IMG/VR virus record: IMGVR_UViG_3300046323_000587
Location: 162,481 to 226,480 of that record
Direction: 5' to 3' (one strand)
Length of the DNA stretch: 64,000 nucleotides
Position numbers and translations under genes: made by a program. The notes beneath the pieces are model-generated. The model made no database searches. It was not told the origin of the DNA and worked only from the letters and a program-made list of their open reading frames with translations. Positions 38,659 through 49,192 of the stretch are shown piece by piece. Each line of letters begins with the position of its first letter. Position 1 is the first letter of the stretch.

Positions 38659-41600
38659 TTATTTTTTAAGTTTAAATGTAGCTTTTCTTCTATTTGAAAT
38701 ATCTTGACTTGTATTAGCTTTGATTTTACTAGAACGATTAGATAATATTGTAGAATATGGTAAGTTGTTACTAGCTCCTCCTCCTGTAAACATATAATTT
38801 GCAGAATCTCTTGTTATGACTTCTGGTGCTTGATATTGCCTAAATAAAGTTTCTGCTTCATTGTGCCAAGTTTGATTATAGTTTGATTGAGTTTGTGGAT
38901 TTGTAGCCGTGATCGGTTTGTAAACTTGCAAAGTAGTCCCATTGTTTGTAATTGTTTTTGGATTTGTATTCCTATCATTCAACCCTCTCAAAAACAAAAC
39001 CCTATTTGCTATTTCTGCACTATAATCTGCTTCAGTTGTTGGCAAAGCGTAGCCTCCTGTTGTCCATAAAGCACGACCAACAAACATTCTAAAGTTAGAT
39101 ATATAGCCGTTCCAAAGAGTATTGGTCGCAAAATAACCACCCACTACAAGATTTGTATATGTAAAATTTGTAGAGCTTGTTTCAGTGCTTATTTGAACAT
39201 TGTTGAGATAAACTCTTAAAGTAGTCCCACTTCTTACAACTGCAAAATGTATCCATTGGTTTATTGGCGGAGTGTTGGTAATTATAGTCAAACCATTTCT
39301 ATACAAACCAACAACGGTACCCGCAAATCCTAAAGCTATTGATGGTTGTCCTGCGGTACTATCTAAACCACCAGCAACACTGCTCAATTGAAATATACCT
39401 CTATTACTAGTATCTTTTATATATACCCAACCATCAATAGTAAAATCATCTGTTCCTATATTAAAACTTGCATCAGACAAGGAAAGATTTTGAGTAGTTC
39501 CTCCATTGAAAAAAACACTTGCATCAAAACCTTGTATCAAATTACTATGCACTACATCTTGTCTATTTGCCCAAGCGGCAGGGAATGCAAAGTTGTTAAG
39601 TGTTCCTATATGCCCGCCTGCACGGCTAAATATTCTATCGCCTGCACCTTCTTGTAAAGGAAAGTCAAAAATAGTAGTACCATTTATAGACATAAAATGA
39701 GAAGCATAACGACCATTTAAGTATAAAGGGTCATTTGATTGCCCAATATTATTAAATCCACCCGTAAAAGCATTTGCATAAGCAACCGTAAGCATTGCAA
39801 TACCATTTATAGAATAAGTGATATCCCCTGCTTGTCTTTGTATTCTATATCTATACCAAACATTATCTTGTGGTGCAAAAATATTAGGTGTTCCAGTCAA
39901 TCCATTTACTCCATAAAGAAATCCTGTACCGTTGTTGTAGTATATTTTTATATCTCTGTATGATATTATGTTTTGAAATTGTGCAATAGTTGCAAGCATA
40001 AAATTTCCTTCAATAATGAAGTTGTCTGATGCTGCTATATCTACAGAAGGTAAAGTCACAAAATCATTAGTTCCATCAAAAGTCAAACAATTTGATTGTC
40101 TTAATTGTGCATTATACTTTGCACGGTTGCGATAAAATAATGGTCTTCCTAAAGCATCATCTATAGGATTATTTTCATTACGAGGTATTAAAAGACTTGT
40201 AATATCTACAAAAGTTATAGGTAAATTCAATGGATTATTTACAATGTTTTGAGTATAGATAGCAAGTTTACTAGGGTTTGTAGCTTCTAAATTCTGATAA
40301 TCTGCCCAAGTTGTAGGTGGCGTAAATACATTTGTTCCTATTGTTGTTGATCCTCCCTCTGTCCATACCGCCGAAGGAACAAAACAGATATTTTGCATAC
40401 GCCCATCAAAAGTGAACCCTACAGCATTAAGAATGTCAGTGCCTATATACATTACACTTGTAGGAATTACAGTATTTGCATAAGTAAAACGACCCCTAAA
40501 ATTACCGTTTACATACATTTTGCAACCGTCTGTTCCTGTGTTTTCTCTTACCCAAGCAATATGAAACCAAGTATTAGCTACGATATTATCAGCACCATTG
40601 TAAACATAACCTATATTTGGAATAAATAAAGTAATATTAGTTCCAGCTGTACCAAATTGAAATTGTGTTCCATTTCCTACATTGAAATAATTTGAAAGAA
40701 TTGCTTTCCCTGTGGCACTTGGTATATTGATCCAAGTATGAAAAGTAAAAGCCTGATGCTGTACTATTTGAGCATTTGCACCGTTCCCTAGATTGATACC
40801 ACTCGCATTTGTAAGACCATTAAATCTGACGATAGGAGTAAATCCAAATTGATTTTGCCAGTCAGCCCCAAAACCATCTGTTCTTTGTTGATGAAAAGTA
40901 GCTGGTACTATATTATTCAAAGTTAAGTTGGTATTGCCACCAAGTCCAAGTGTATTTATTCCAAGAGTTCCATCTCCCTCATCACATTTATAACCAAACA
41001 TTAGATTTGCAATATTTGGCAACTGTAAAATAGGTTTTGTACGATCTGACAAACGAATACAATCAGAAACAGACAAAGCAGTATTCCAAGCAAAAAGATT
41101 AGCAAGACTGCCTGAAAGATAAGGAGCTCCAAGTGCACCAAGTTCATTCATATTTACTCCTATACACAAAGGAGCTGTTGTAAGATACGATATATTGAAC
41201 CCTGAATTAAATCCCCCACTAGATGTACCAATCGTGACAGATACTTCTGTGCCATTTACCCAAGCCCTACAATCTGATGCTGTCGCAGTTATATTCGACC
41301 ATCTAGCAACAATTCTGTTTAGTTCAGTAGCTAAATTTGCAACGGGTAAATTAAAACCTACCCAATTTACTCCGTTATCAAAATACAGCTGCATTGTATC
41401 AACAGAAACATAACGAAAAAAATAGCTTTTATATCCACCAAAAGCGCTAGCTTTATTGAAAACAATGCCACCTGCTCCTATAAGTTGCAAATCACAAATC
41501 ATTGAAAATTGATTTGTAGCTGTTTCAAAAGTTGTGCTTGTTCCTGATACTGCATAATCAGTCGATCCATTGAAAAGATAAGACCTTCCTTGTTGTACTG

Positions 41601-41736
41601 GACGTTGTTCTTGCCCCATTCTATCTACTACTTCAGGAATACCTAAGTTATTTGCAAATCCTGAACTACCTTCAAATATGTTCTGAATTGTATTAAGACT
41701 TGTATCTGTATTTTTATTTCTTTTTCTTAATATCAT
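38659..41736 (-). CDS. Receptor-binding/adhesin protein with four LamG-like domains
   Basis: Repeated xxFNG/FDG starts, FTIDGWVY, WIHFAVVRSGTTLRVYLN, GYISNFRM. Confidence 0.75.
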   Translation of the reverse strand: MILRKRNKNTDTSLNTIQNIFEGSSGFANNLGIPEVVDRMGQEQRPVQQGRSYLFNGSTDYAVSGTSTTFETATNQFSMICDLQLIGAGGIVFNKASAFGGYKSYFFRYVSVDTMQLYFDNGVNWVGFNLPVANLATELNRIVARWSNITATASDCRAWVNGTEVSVTIGTSSGGFNSGFNISYLTTAPLCIGVNMNELGALGAPYLSGSLANLFAWNTALSVSDCIRLSDRTKPILQLPNIANLMFGYKCDEGDGTLGINTLGLGGNTNLTLNNIVPATFHQQRTDGFGADWQNQFGFTPIVRFNGLTNASGINLGNGANAQIVQHQAFTFHTWINIPSATGKAILSNYFNVGNGTQFQFGTAGTNITLFIPNIGYVYNGADNIVANTWFHIAWVRENTGTDGCKMYVNGNFRGRFTYANTVIPTSVMYIGTDILNAVGFTFDGRMQNICFVPSAVWTEGGSTTIGTNVFTPPTTWADYQNLEATNPSKLAIYTQNIVNNPLNLPITFVDITSLLIPRNENNPIDDALGRPLFYRNRAKYNAQLRQSNCLTFDGTNDFVTLPSVDIAASDNFIIEGNFMLATIAQFQNIISYRDIKIYYNNGTGFLYGVNGLTGTPNIFAPQDNVWYRYRIQRQAGDITYSINGIAMLTVAYANAFTGGFNNIGQSNDPLYLNGRYASHFMSINGTTIFDFPLQEGAGDRIFSRAGGHIGTLNNFAFPAAWANRQDVVHSNLIQGFDASVFFNGGTTQNLSLSDASFNIGTDDFTIDGWVYIKDTSNRGIFQLSSVAGGLDSTAGQPSIALGFAGTVVGLYRNGLTIITNTPPINQWIHFAVVRSGTTLRVYLNNVQISTETSSTNFTYTNLVVGGYFATNTLWNGYISNFRMFVGRALWTTGGYALPTTEADYSAEIANRVLFLRGLNDRNTNPKTITNNGTTLQVYKPITATNPQTQSNYNQTWHNEAETLFRQYQAPEVITRDSANYMFTGGGASNNLPYSTILSNRSSKIKANTSQDISNRRKATFKLKK

Positions 41737-41797
41737 AATTTACATTTATAATTCGATTATTGACTACTTAATTACTAATAAAATATTAAAATCATAA

Positions 41798-43336
41798 TTA
41801 AGCATAATTAGGTATTGGTATAAATTGATAGTAAGCTCCTCTAATAGGATCAGCTGTTTTATAATCTACTTCAAGTGTAAATCTAGTATTAGGTAAAGAA
41901 GCTGTAAAAGTATTACCTCCTGCGTCAGGTGATATTGAACCTGGTGGGAATGTAATTGTTCTAGCTGTTGTTGCGTGATCTATAACCATAATTTGATAGC
42001 TTCCAGGAGCTGTTGGATTGTTCAGTGTAAGTGTAACATTACCTGTTGAAGTTCTAAGATCAAGAATAACATAATCACCAAGAGTCCAATCAATAGTAGC
42101 GGTAGTACCTCCAACAGTAAGGATTTGTTGAGCACCAGAAGAGTTCATTAAATTAAAGATACTTGTTTTAGCGTGAGTTAATGCAGAAGCATCCCAAAAT
42201 TCAATTTGATCTAAAGATCTATCAATAGTATTTTGTGTAGGTCTATTGTTGATATTAGATGTACTAGGATTGAGTAATTTTTCTGTAAGAGTACCTGCAT
42301 TAGATTCAGCTTGAGTTGCATAGTTAATAGCATTATCTATTTTATTCCAAACTCCATTAGCAAAAAATAACATGTCTCCTACATTCCAAGCAGCTATACC
42401 ATCTAAAGTAGTTGTACCTGCAACACTTACAACATAAAAATTTCCAACTGTACCTGTACTTGATACTAATGCGGTATTAGCAGGAAAAGTTAAATTTGTA
42501 GTAGCATTCCAAGTACCTTTGGGAACTAAAGCTCCAGCTGCAACTAAGTCTACATATCTTTTATTAGGAATAGCATTATTATTTGTAATAAGTACTTCAT
42601 AATTAGTTGTATTACTTGATAATGTACCATCATTTTCAATAGTAAATCTGTTGAGTCCGTTTGTAGTAAAATCTATTTGATTTGGTATTACATCAATAGC
42701 TGAACCATTGACCAAAATTCGATCTCCTGAATTTAATTGAGCTTGACCTGAAGTAATAAGTAATTGAGAACCTGTTGTTGCAGGTATAGGAAATGTAGTT
42801 ACATTTTGACTATCTATTGTATAACTTGAATTATCAAGAATTGTAGTTACTGAAGTTGAAACTGGTCCAACAGTATTAATAAATTGATTTGTTATTTGTC
42901 CTGTTGTACCTTGCACAATTAAATCAAATGTTGTTTGATCGATAGTAGTATTTTGAACTAATGGGCCACCTAATTGAGTTACACCAGCAGTTGTAGTCAA
43001 AGCATTATTAAATATTCCTGAACCTATTGCAGTCCAAGTAAGACCGTTCCAAAATTCAAATTGAGGAGTTGTAGCATCTGTATTAAAAATTAACATAGAA
43101 ATCACTCTATCCCCTAATAATATTGCATTTCTTTGAGCAGTGCTCATTCTTGGTATTAACATACCTCTTGTTGTAGATGTAATATCAACTGCTCCTTGTG
43201 GAGTATTAATGCCTACACCTAAAAATTTATTTGTTAAATCAAATGTAAATAAAGTATCTTCAGATAAACTATTACTAGAATCTCCAAAAGCTACTGTTTT
43301 ACTTGTTTGATTTATTTGCTTACCTTTTATGTCCAT
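41798..43336 (-). CDS. Tail fibre-like protein
   Basis: KGKQI, GVGINTPQGAVDI, GMLIPRMSTAQRN, KGTWNATTN, YATQAE. Confidence 0.65.
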   Translation of the reverse strand: MDIKGKQINQTSKTVAFGDSSNSLSEDTLFTFDLTNKFLGVGINTPQGAVDITSTTRGMLIPRMSTAQRNAILLGDRVISMLIFNTDATTPQFEFWNGLTWTAIGSGIFNNALTTTAGVTQLGGPLVQNTTIDQTTFDLIVQGTTGQITNQFINTVGPVSTSVTTILDNSSYTIDSQNVTTFPIPATTGSQLLITSGQAQLNSGDRILVNGSAIDVIPNQIDFTTNGLNRFTIENDGTLSSNTTNYEVLITNNNAIPNKRYVDLVAAGALVPKGTWNATTNLTFPANTALVSSTGTVGNFYVVSVAGTTTLDGIAAWNVGDMLFFANGVWNKIDNAINYATQAESNAGTLTEKLLNPSTSNINNRPTQNTIDRSLDQIEFWDASALTHAKTSIFNLMNSSGAQQILTVGGTTATIDWTLGDYVILDLRTSTGNVTLTLNNPTAPGSYQIMVIDHATTARTITFPPGSISPDAGGNTFTASLPNTRFTLEVDYKTADPIRGAYYQFIPIPNYA

Positions 43337-43446
43337 TTATTTTTTAATTTTTGCATTAAAATACTTAGTTAAATTCAAACTTTTTAAATAAGATAGGTTT
43401 ATACAAATATTAAAATGTATAAACCTTCAATAAATAATTAAAAAGA

Positions 43447-44190
43447 TTAAGCAAAAGAATAATAAGTTACTTTAACATCATCAGTAGCAGCAATATTAAA
43501 AGCTAAGGCAATTGGGTCTACTGTTGCAACACCACCAGAAGTAGTAATAATACCTGTTGGATTTACACCTAATACAACAGAGGAGTTAGCTGGACTTCCT
43601 GCAAATACAGATTGACCGTTGATAACATAAATTACTGGAGAAGACGTTATTACAGGTCTAGTGATTGTAGATAAAGTATTGACACCAGGAGTGACTACTT
43701 CCCAATATTGTTTACCATTACCGCCATTTGGATCTTGATTGATATTAGTAGCAGTTGTAGCAAGTAAACTATCTGTTGGATAAGTCCACAAACTAAAACG
43801 ATATGGGAATTCAATATCAATGTTTGTAGTAGCAGCAAAAGTGTAAGCAGTATCTACACCAGCTATTTGAGAGAAATAATTGATTGTATAAGTGCCAGCT
43901 AATTGAGTTAATCTACCAAATATTTCATTACCAGTTGCATCAATTAATTTTTTTCTTGTAACTGCATCAAAAATTTCACAATGATTATTACCAGATGTAA
44001 TAAAACCTACTACATTGTCAGCAGTAGATTCTACAAGTGTAGCAAATACACCAGCATAACCTGTAATACCAATTGCAGTAGAAATAGCAGCTGTTACGTT
44101 AGCTGTTGCAGCAGCAGTTGAAGGAAAATTATTTGTTCTTACTTTACCAGCAAGAATACGATCAATTTGTTTGGATTGAAAACGGTTCAT
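43447..44190 (-). CDS. Structural protein (Ala/Thr-rich)
   Basis: QSKQI N-terminus, EIFGRLT...YT..YFS, D.VKVTY end. Confidence 0.5.
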   Translation of the reverse strand: MNRFQSKQIDRILAGKVRTNNFPSTAAATANVTAAISTAIGITGYAGVFATLVESTADNVVGFITSGNNHCEIFDAVTRKKLIDATGNEIFGRLTQLAGTYTINYFSQIAGVDTAYTFAATTNIDIEFPYRFSLWTYPTDSLLATTATNINQDPNGGNGKQYWEVVTPGVNTLSTITRPVITSSPVIYVINGQSVFAGSPANSSVVLGVNPTGIITTSGGVATVDPIALAFNIAATDDVKVTYYSFA

Positions 44191-44250
44191 ATTTTAAATT
44201 GTTTTATTGGATTATTTATTGGTTAAATATTTTAATTGTTGAAAAGACTA

Positions 44251-44769
44251 TTAATAGTAATAAATTTCTATTGTATCAAGTCCGTCTAAAGGAGCTCCTA
44301 AATACAAATCATTGTATAATACACTTGTAGGTGTCATTGAATATCCAGTTCCTTGTGCTATTTTTTGTCCATTTATAAATAACTTACTTACACTAAAAAA
44401 TAAAGGATTTGCATTTACAGTTAAAGGAAATGTTATTACATTAGCTATAGGTGCAACATAAGGTAGAGTTTGAAATAATTCTATTGAAGCAGCTGTTACA
44501 TTTATCCATTGTGCTCCATCATAAATAAGAGTTTCTCCAATAGAAGGTATAGTAATTGTAACATCTGTTAAATCATCTAAACCAATAGGAGCTGGAATCG
44601 CAGCAATAGCAGCTGATAATTGTGCTACTGTGGCTTTAAATTGCATTTCAGCTCCATTGATATGATTGACACTGAAAACAAGTTGATGTTCTGGTAAAAT
44701 TACAAAACTATTTGAAACGTCTTGTAAATCATTAATTAATGAAAAAAGGGATTGTCTAACGTCTGACAT
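44251..44769 (-). CDS. Structural/fibre protein
   Basis: LDDLTDVTI...GETLIYDGAQWIN repeat motif; LFINGQK. Confidence 0.55.
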   Translation of the reverse strand: MSDVRQSLFSLINDLQDVSNSFVILPEHQLVFSVNHINGAEMQFKATVAQLSAAIAAIPAPIGLDDLTDVTITIPSIGETLIYDGAQWINVTAASIELFQTLPYVAPIANVITFPLTVNANPLFFSVSKLFINGQKIAQGTGYSMTPTSVLYNDLYLGAPLDGLDTIEIYYY

Positions 44770-44820
44770 TATTTTATTTATTATTTTCTAATTTTTATAT
44801 TAGATAAACTTGATAATTCA

Positions 44821-45627
44821 TTACAACTTACATATAATATCAAGTTCTCTAACTATTTTATAATTCTTTGCATCAATATCAATTTCAGCACCAGCAAAGT
44901 ATCCAATATAAACAATATCTCCTAGATTATATTGCATTGGAATTAAAGTACCTGATTCAATTCCATACATACCTTGACCAATAGAAACAATTTGGCCTTT
45001 TTCGTATTTAACTTCATCTTGAATCAATCGTTCTCCTAAACGACCTGTTTTAATATGAGAATTTTGATAAATTACTCCTGATGTAGTTGTAGTGTAATCA
45101 ACACGATCTTCAATGATTCTTATTGCTACTTTATCATGACGACAAATTGGTAGTTTAGCATATTCTTGATATGATTTAGTAATGTAATTCCAACAACTAA
45201 AACTTTTACATATAAGTTCATTTATTGGGATATAAATTGTTTTTGTATTAGCATTGATTTTATAGACAATTTTAATATTTTCTGTTGTATCTTCATATAT
45301 AATAACTACAAAAGAATTTACACAAGAATATATATTACCAATAAAAGGAATAGTTGATTTAGGAAATAAATCTTTTTGCCAATCTAATAACTCTTCAAAA
45401 GACACTTGTTTTTTATTCTCAATCAACTCTTCATAAGTCAAAAATTCTACTTCTAATTTATCATCAAATCTATTTTTAACAATATCTTTTGAATCATTTA
45501 TTACAACATTATTAAATACATCATTAAGAGGTGCACGACTTTCAAATTTTACAATATCAGGATTATTTGCTAATTTAATATTTGCTAAAGAAGAATTTAA
45601 TATTTGCTTATTTTCTTTCATATTCAT
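44821..45627 (-). CDS. groES: GroES (Cpn10) co-chaperonin domain fused to ~160-aa N-terminal extension
   Basis: HDKVAIR...TTSGVI...KGQIVSIGQG....GTLIPM....GDIV....FAGAEIDIDAKNYKIVRELDII. Confidence 0.8.
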   Translation of the reverse strand: MNMKENKQILNSSLANIKLANNPDIVKFESRAPLNDVFNNVVINDSKDIVKNRFDDKLEVEFLTYEELIENKKQVSFEELLDWQKDLFPKSTIPFIGNIYSCVNSFVVIIYEDTTENIKIVYKINANTKTIYIPINELICKSFSCWNYITKSYQEYAKLPICRHDKVAIRIIEDRVDYTTTTSGVIYQNSHIKTGRLGERLIQDEVKYEKGQIVSIGQGMYGIESGTLIPMQYNLGDIVYIGYFAGAEIDIDAKNYKIVRELDIICKL

Positions 45628-45715
45628 TGTTATTTAATATTTAATATTTGTTATTCATTATCTATTATTTGTTAATCACTCATTAACTTATTGTTTATTT
45701 CTGAGTGTGATTGTA

Positions 45716-46120
45716 TTAAGATTTCTTTTGAAATAAGTGAGATTTATTAGATTTTCTTGGATCATTTTTAGCTTTATCTAATGGACTGATATACCTAGAT
45801 GCAGCTATTCCAACAGTTTTTAATGTAATTACTTCACTTTCTTGAGAATCTGTGGTATTTTTAGTAGCAGACTTATTTGTATTACTTGTATTACTTGTTG
45901 AAACATTTTCTAATGTGTAAAAATTGAATGTGACCAAATCAATTGAATATAGATCATAATGAAATATAGATTCAATTTGATCAATATTTTCTGCTACAAT
46001 ATAGACAATTTTATTACAATCTGAAACAATTTCTCCTTTAAAATCAAGATATTTTTCAGCTGGAATAAGACATCTAAATAACTTCTTTTCAGATGGAGTG
46101 ACATTTAATTGAAATTTCAT
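45716..46120 (-). CDS. Hypothetical protein
   Basis: 134-aa ORF. Confidence 0.5.
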   Translation of the reverse strand: MKFQLNVTPSEKKLFRCLIPAEKYLDFKGEIVSDCNKIVYIVAENIDQIESIFHYDLYSIDLVTFNFYTLENVSTSNTSNTNKSATKNTTDSQESEVITLKTVGIAASRYISPLDKAKNDPRKSNKSHLFQKKS

Positions 46121-46125
46121 TTTGA

Positions 46126-46416
46126 TTAAAGAGTAATAAGAATTAAATCTTTTGTATTGAATATTTTCTTCTGATACTTATTATCATTAGTAAACCAATA
46201 ACATTCAACACCAAGAAGAATTTTTTGATTAAGATGATCTTTAATAAGATTGCCTTGAGAGTCTACTTTAAATTTAATATCATTCACAAGCATTTTAGGA
46301 GAAGGTATATTTTTAACTGCAACTACGTCTCCTTTATGATAATATTGAACTATATTAGAAAGTATTTCTACTTTTCCAGTTGTAGAAATTGTAATTTCAT
46401 TATATGAATTTTCCAT
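46126..46416 (-). CDS. DUF2158/YodC-like small beta-barrel protein
   Basis: GDVVAVK..PSPKMLV...VECYWF....Q...F...DL. Confidence 0.6.
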   Translation of the reverse strand: MENSYNEITISTTGKVEILSNIVQYYHKGDVVAVKNIPSPKMLVNDIKFKVDSQGNLIKDHLNQKILLGVECYWFTNDNKYQKKIFNTKDLILITL

Positions 46417-46429
46417 TTTTGATTTTTTA

Positions 46430-47500
46430 TAAATTTTATTTTAATTATTGATTACAAATATTTCAAATATTGTTTCAATTTTTTTAATAAAATTTTTTAA
46501 AAGTTTCGAAAAATTTAAGATCTTTAAAAAATTGTTAAAATTCTTTTTATTCTTGAACAGTTTAATTAGTCTAGTTAGTCTAGTGAATTAGTAGAGTATT
46601 ACTATAATACTAGACTGTACTTACAATAGAACTATATAGAACTAGACAAAATACTAAAAGACTAGATAAAGAGAAATTTAATTAATATTGATATTAGAAT
46701 AATACCCCTGGCAGTGAATTTAATAGGAAATTTATACCCCCACTATTGAAGAATTTTATAGGAAATCAAAAAGCTATTAAAAGAGAATTACTTAAAAAAG
46801 AATTAGTTATAAGTTTAAACTATATAATCAATTTAAAATCAATTTAAAATCAATTTAAATTATTTGAGAAGTATCAATAATTGAATTATTAAAGAAAAAC
46901 TATATAAATAATAATATAGTATTTAGTTATTAAGATTTATTTTTATTATTTTTATTATTTTTATTGAATTTTATTGATGATAAATTTAATGTTGAAACTT
47001 AAAAGTTAAACTTTACATTGAAATATTAAATGAATTTTAAAATAAATTAAAAAACAATTAGTAAATAACAAGTAATAATTGAGAGGTTTTAATTTAGATA
47101 GTTGATTAAGAGATTAAAGGGACAGTTTTGATTATTAAAGTTAATTATTAAAGTTAGTTATTAAAGCTAGTTGATGGATTTAATTTAGTTAATTTAAAAA
47201 TTTAGAAACTTTAAAGAGGACTTTTATTGAGAAATTTTATTGAGAACTTTTAAGAATTAATTTTGAAGAACTTTTAGACTAATTTTAGATTAGTTTTAGA
47301 TTAGTTTTTAGACTAATTTTAGGACTTACTTTTACGATTTACTTTAGAAGATTTGAGAAGATTTTAGAAATCTAGTTTAAACTGTAATAAATGGAATATG
47401 CTTTTAAATTTAAAATTTTATTGAATTAGTTTGATAGGATGTGGATTGATTTGTAAAAGGTATAGTGTAAAGTACCCCTACCGTAGTTGGGCGCGGGAAA
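46430..47500. repeat. Low-complexity divergent spacer with short tandem repeats (candidate genome-end/packaging/control region)
   Basis: AATTTAAAATC x2-3, TTATTAAAG x3, TTTTAGA(C/T)TA x4-5, TACCCC x3; separates minus-strand late from plus-strand early genes. Confidence 0.6.
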
Positions 47501-47554
47501 GGACAGAGGTATCAACGTAGATATTCTGTTATTCTTTCTTGCCAACTTTCAAAA

Positions 47555-48910
47555 ATGCCACAAGAAACAAGAGTTCCATCAGTATTCGCAACAGCAAATG
47601 TATCATTTACTTCTGCATTAACAGAAGAACAATTGCAAACAGAATTTTCAGGTATGGCGGTTACTCGTTCAAAACCAACAGCATCTTCTGATGATGTTCA
47701 AGCGGGTCTTTTCAATTTAATGATGAAATTTGCAAACTTAACTTATGCTACTTCACAAGGCGTAGGTGCGTTAGCTATGAATTTCAATCATAGAGGTACG
47801 ACAGACACAGGTTTAGTTGCAAGAGATACGGCGACTTTGAAATGGTTTAAAGATCAAGGTCTTTACATTGGTGCGGAAGACGCAACCAAAACTACTTTCA
47901 AAGGCAAAAAATTTGTTGCAGTTTTGTCCAAATTGGCAGGTGATGACCGAAAAATCAAAACTATTACGGAAGACGAATTTAGCCCTAAAAGCAATATTCT
48001 TTGCCCGATAGGTAGTTTTGCTACACCTGAGGCAGTCATAGCCCATTTTTCGGATATTATGACTTCAAATGTCAAAAAATTGCAATTAGCAAAACTAGTG
48101 AAAGATACATTGGAAATTGTTGAACCTAATCCTAAAACTCACGTAAAAGTGACGATAGAGAAAATTTTAAGCAACGACCCAACAAAACCAACGACAGACG
48201 AAGCCAAAGAACTTGTCAAATTTATTGGCAAACAATTTGCAGGACTAGCTTTTCCTTTGGGAACAATTGATGGCGTTACTTTAACTGCACCTATTGGTCA
48301 GCCAAAAGAAGTGCAAGTAGCTTATAACGGAAAACCAGTATACGCCCCACAAGTTGAATTGTACAAAGCAAGAGTATTTGACTTTGTTACAGGTGAATTG
48401 GTCGCAGAAGGAGTTTTAGACAGCAAAGATTTGTTTAATACAATGGCTTTACCTGTTTCATACAAATCAATCTCTTCGGAGTATTTGGAGAAAAATGAGG
48501 CTTTGTTGGCACAAGCAAAAACAAGCAATTTGCCAATTTTTGGTGTTCATAAAGCAGATTTTGAACACATCTTGCAATTTGATATCAAGAAATCTTTTGA
48601 GACAATAGGCGAAAATTTGATTATGCAAATCAATTTAGATGCTGTTTGTCTAAAAGGAAAAGGTTATGACGAAGCTAGTGCAGATCAAAAATTGACAAGA
48701 TGTTTGTTTAATTTCAGAGGAGAAGTAGTAAAATTGGATACTTTGTCAGACGCGACTAAGAAAGCTGTTGGACATTTTTCAGATCCTGAAAAACTAGAAG
48801 CAATTAAAAGCAAAATAGCTGCTGATGATCTTGCTACTTTAAAAGGGGCTCTTTTAGATAAAGAATATTTCAGAATTACGAAATTATTCCCTGCTTTGGC
48901 AATTAAATAA
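47555..48910 (+). CDS. First early-region protein, unknown function
   Basis: 451 aa, Ala/Lys-rich, higher GC than neighbours, own terminator. Confidence 0.8.
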   Translation: MPQETRVPSVFATANVSFTSALTEEQLQTEFSGMAVTRSKPTASSDDVQAGLFNLMMKFANLTYATSQGVGALAMNFNHRGTTDTGLVARDTATLKWFKDQGLYIGAEDATKTTFKGKKFVAVLSKLAGDDRKIKTITEDEFSPKSNILCPIGSFATPEAVIAHFSDIMTSNVKKLQLAKLVKDTLEIVEPNPKTHVKVTIEKILSNDPTKPTTDEAKELVKFIGKQFAGLAFPLGTIDGVTLTAPIGQPKEVQVAYNGKPVYAPQVELYKARVFDFVTGELVAEGVLDSKDLFNTMALPVSYKSISSEYLEKNEALLAQAKTSNLPIFGVHKADFEHILQFDIKKSFETIGENLIMQINLDAVCLKGKGYDEASADQKLTRCLFNFRGEVVKLDTLSDATKKAVGHFSDPEKLEAIKSKIAADDLATLKGALLDKEYFRITKLFPALAIK

Positions 48911-48916
48911 TTCTAT

Positions 48917-48951
48917 AACCCTATGATTAATTTCATAGGGGTATTTTTTTT
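48917..48951 (+). terminator. Intrinsic terminator
   Basis: CCCTATGA/TCATAGGG + T-run. Confidence 0.75.
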
Positions 48952-49129
48952 AATCAAAAATTCGCTTCCCAAAGATAGTGCTTTGATTTTTTATTATTAA
49001 ATTTTGTTTTAGCTTAGTTCTTTGATACATTTTTTCTGCGTGTACCAAATAACTTATACTTAAAATACTTGAATACTTTGATACCCAGAAACCTTATATG
49101 GTTAGCTGATATTGCATAGAATACTTGGT

Positions 49130-49174
49130 AGAGCGGTAGAAATTTTTAGGTTTACGCTCTTTAATATAAACCTA
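49130..49174 (+). ncRNA. H-type pseudoknot candidate
   Basis: S1 AGAGCG/CGCTCT, S2 TAGGTTTA/TAAACCTA, L1 11 nt, L2 0, L3 6 nt. Confidence 0.45.
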
Positions 49175-49192
49175 TCACTAATAATTATTTAT

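Noticed and set aside
34364-44769. Diversity-generating retroelement or invertible tail-fibre shufflon
   Set aside because: No reverse transcriptase or recombinase ORF in the window, no adenine-variant TR/VR pair noticed, and all fibre genes are co-oriented
46430-47500. CRISPR array
   Set aside because: Repeats are short, degenerate and adjacent, with no unique regular spacers; no cas operon
49130-49174. preQ1/SAM-II riboswitch or ToxI repeat
   Set aside because: Ligand-binding consensus residues not recognisable, single copy, and no fitting downstream gene
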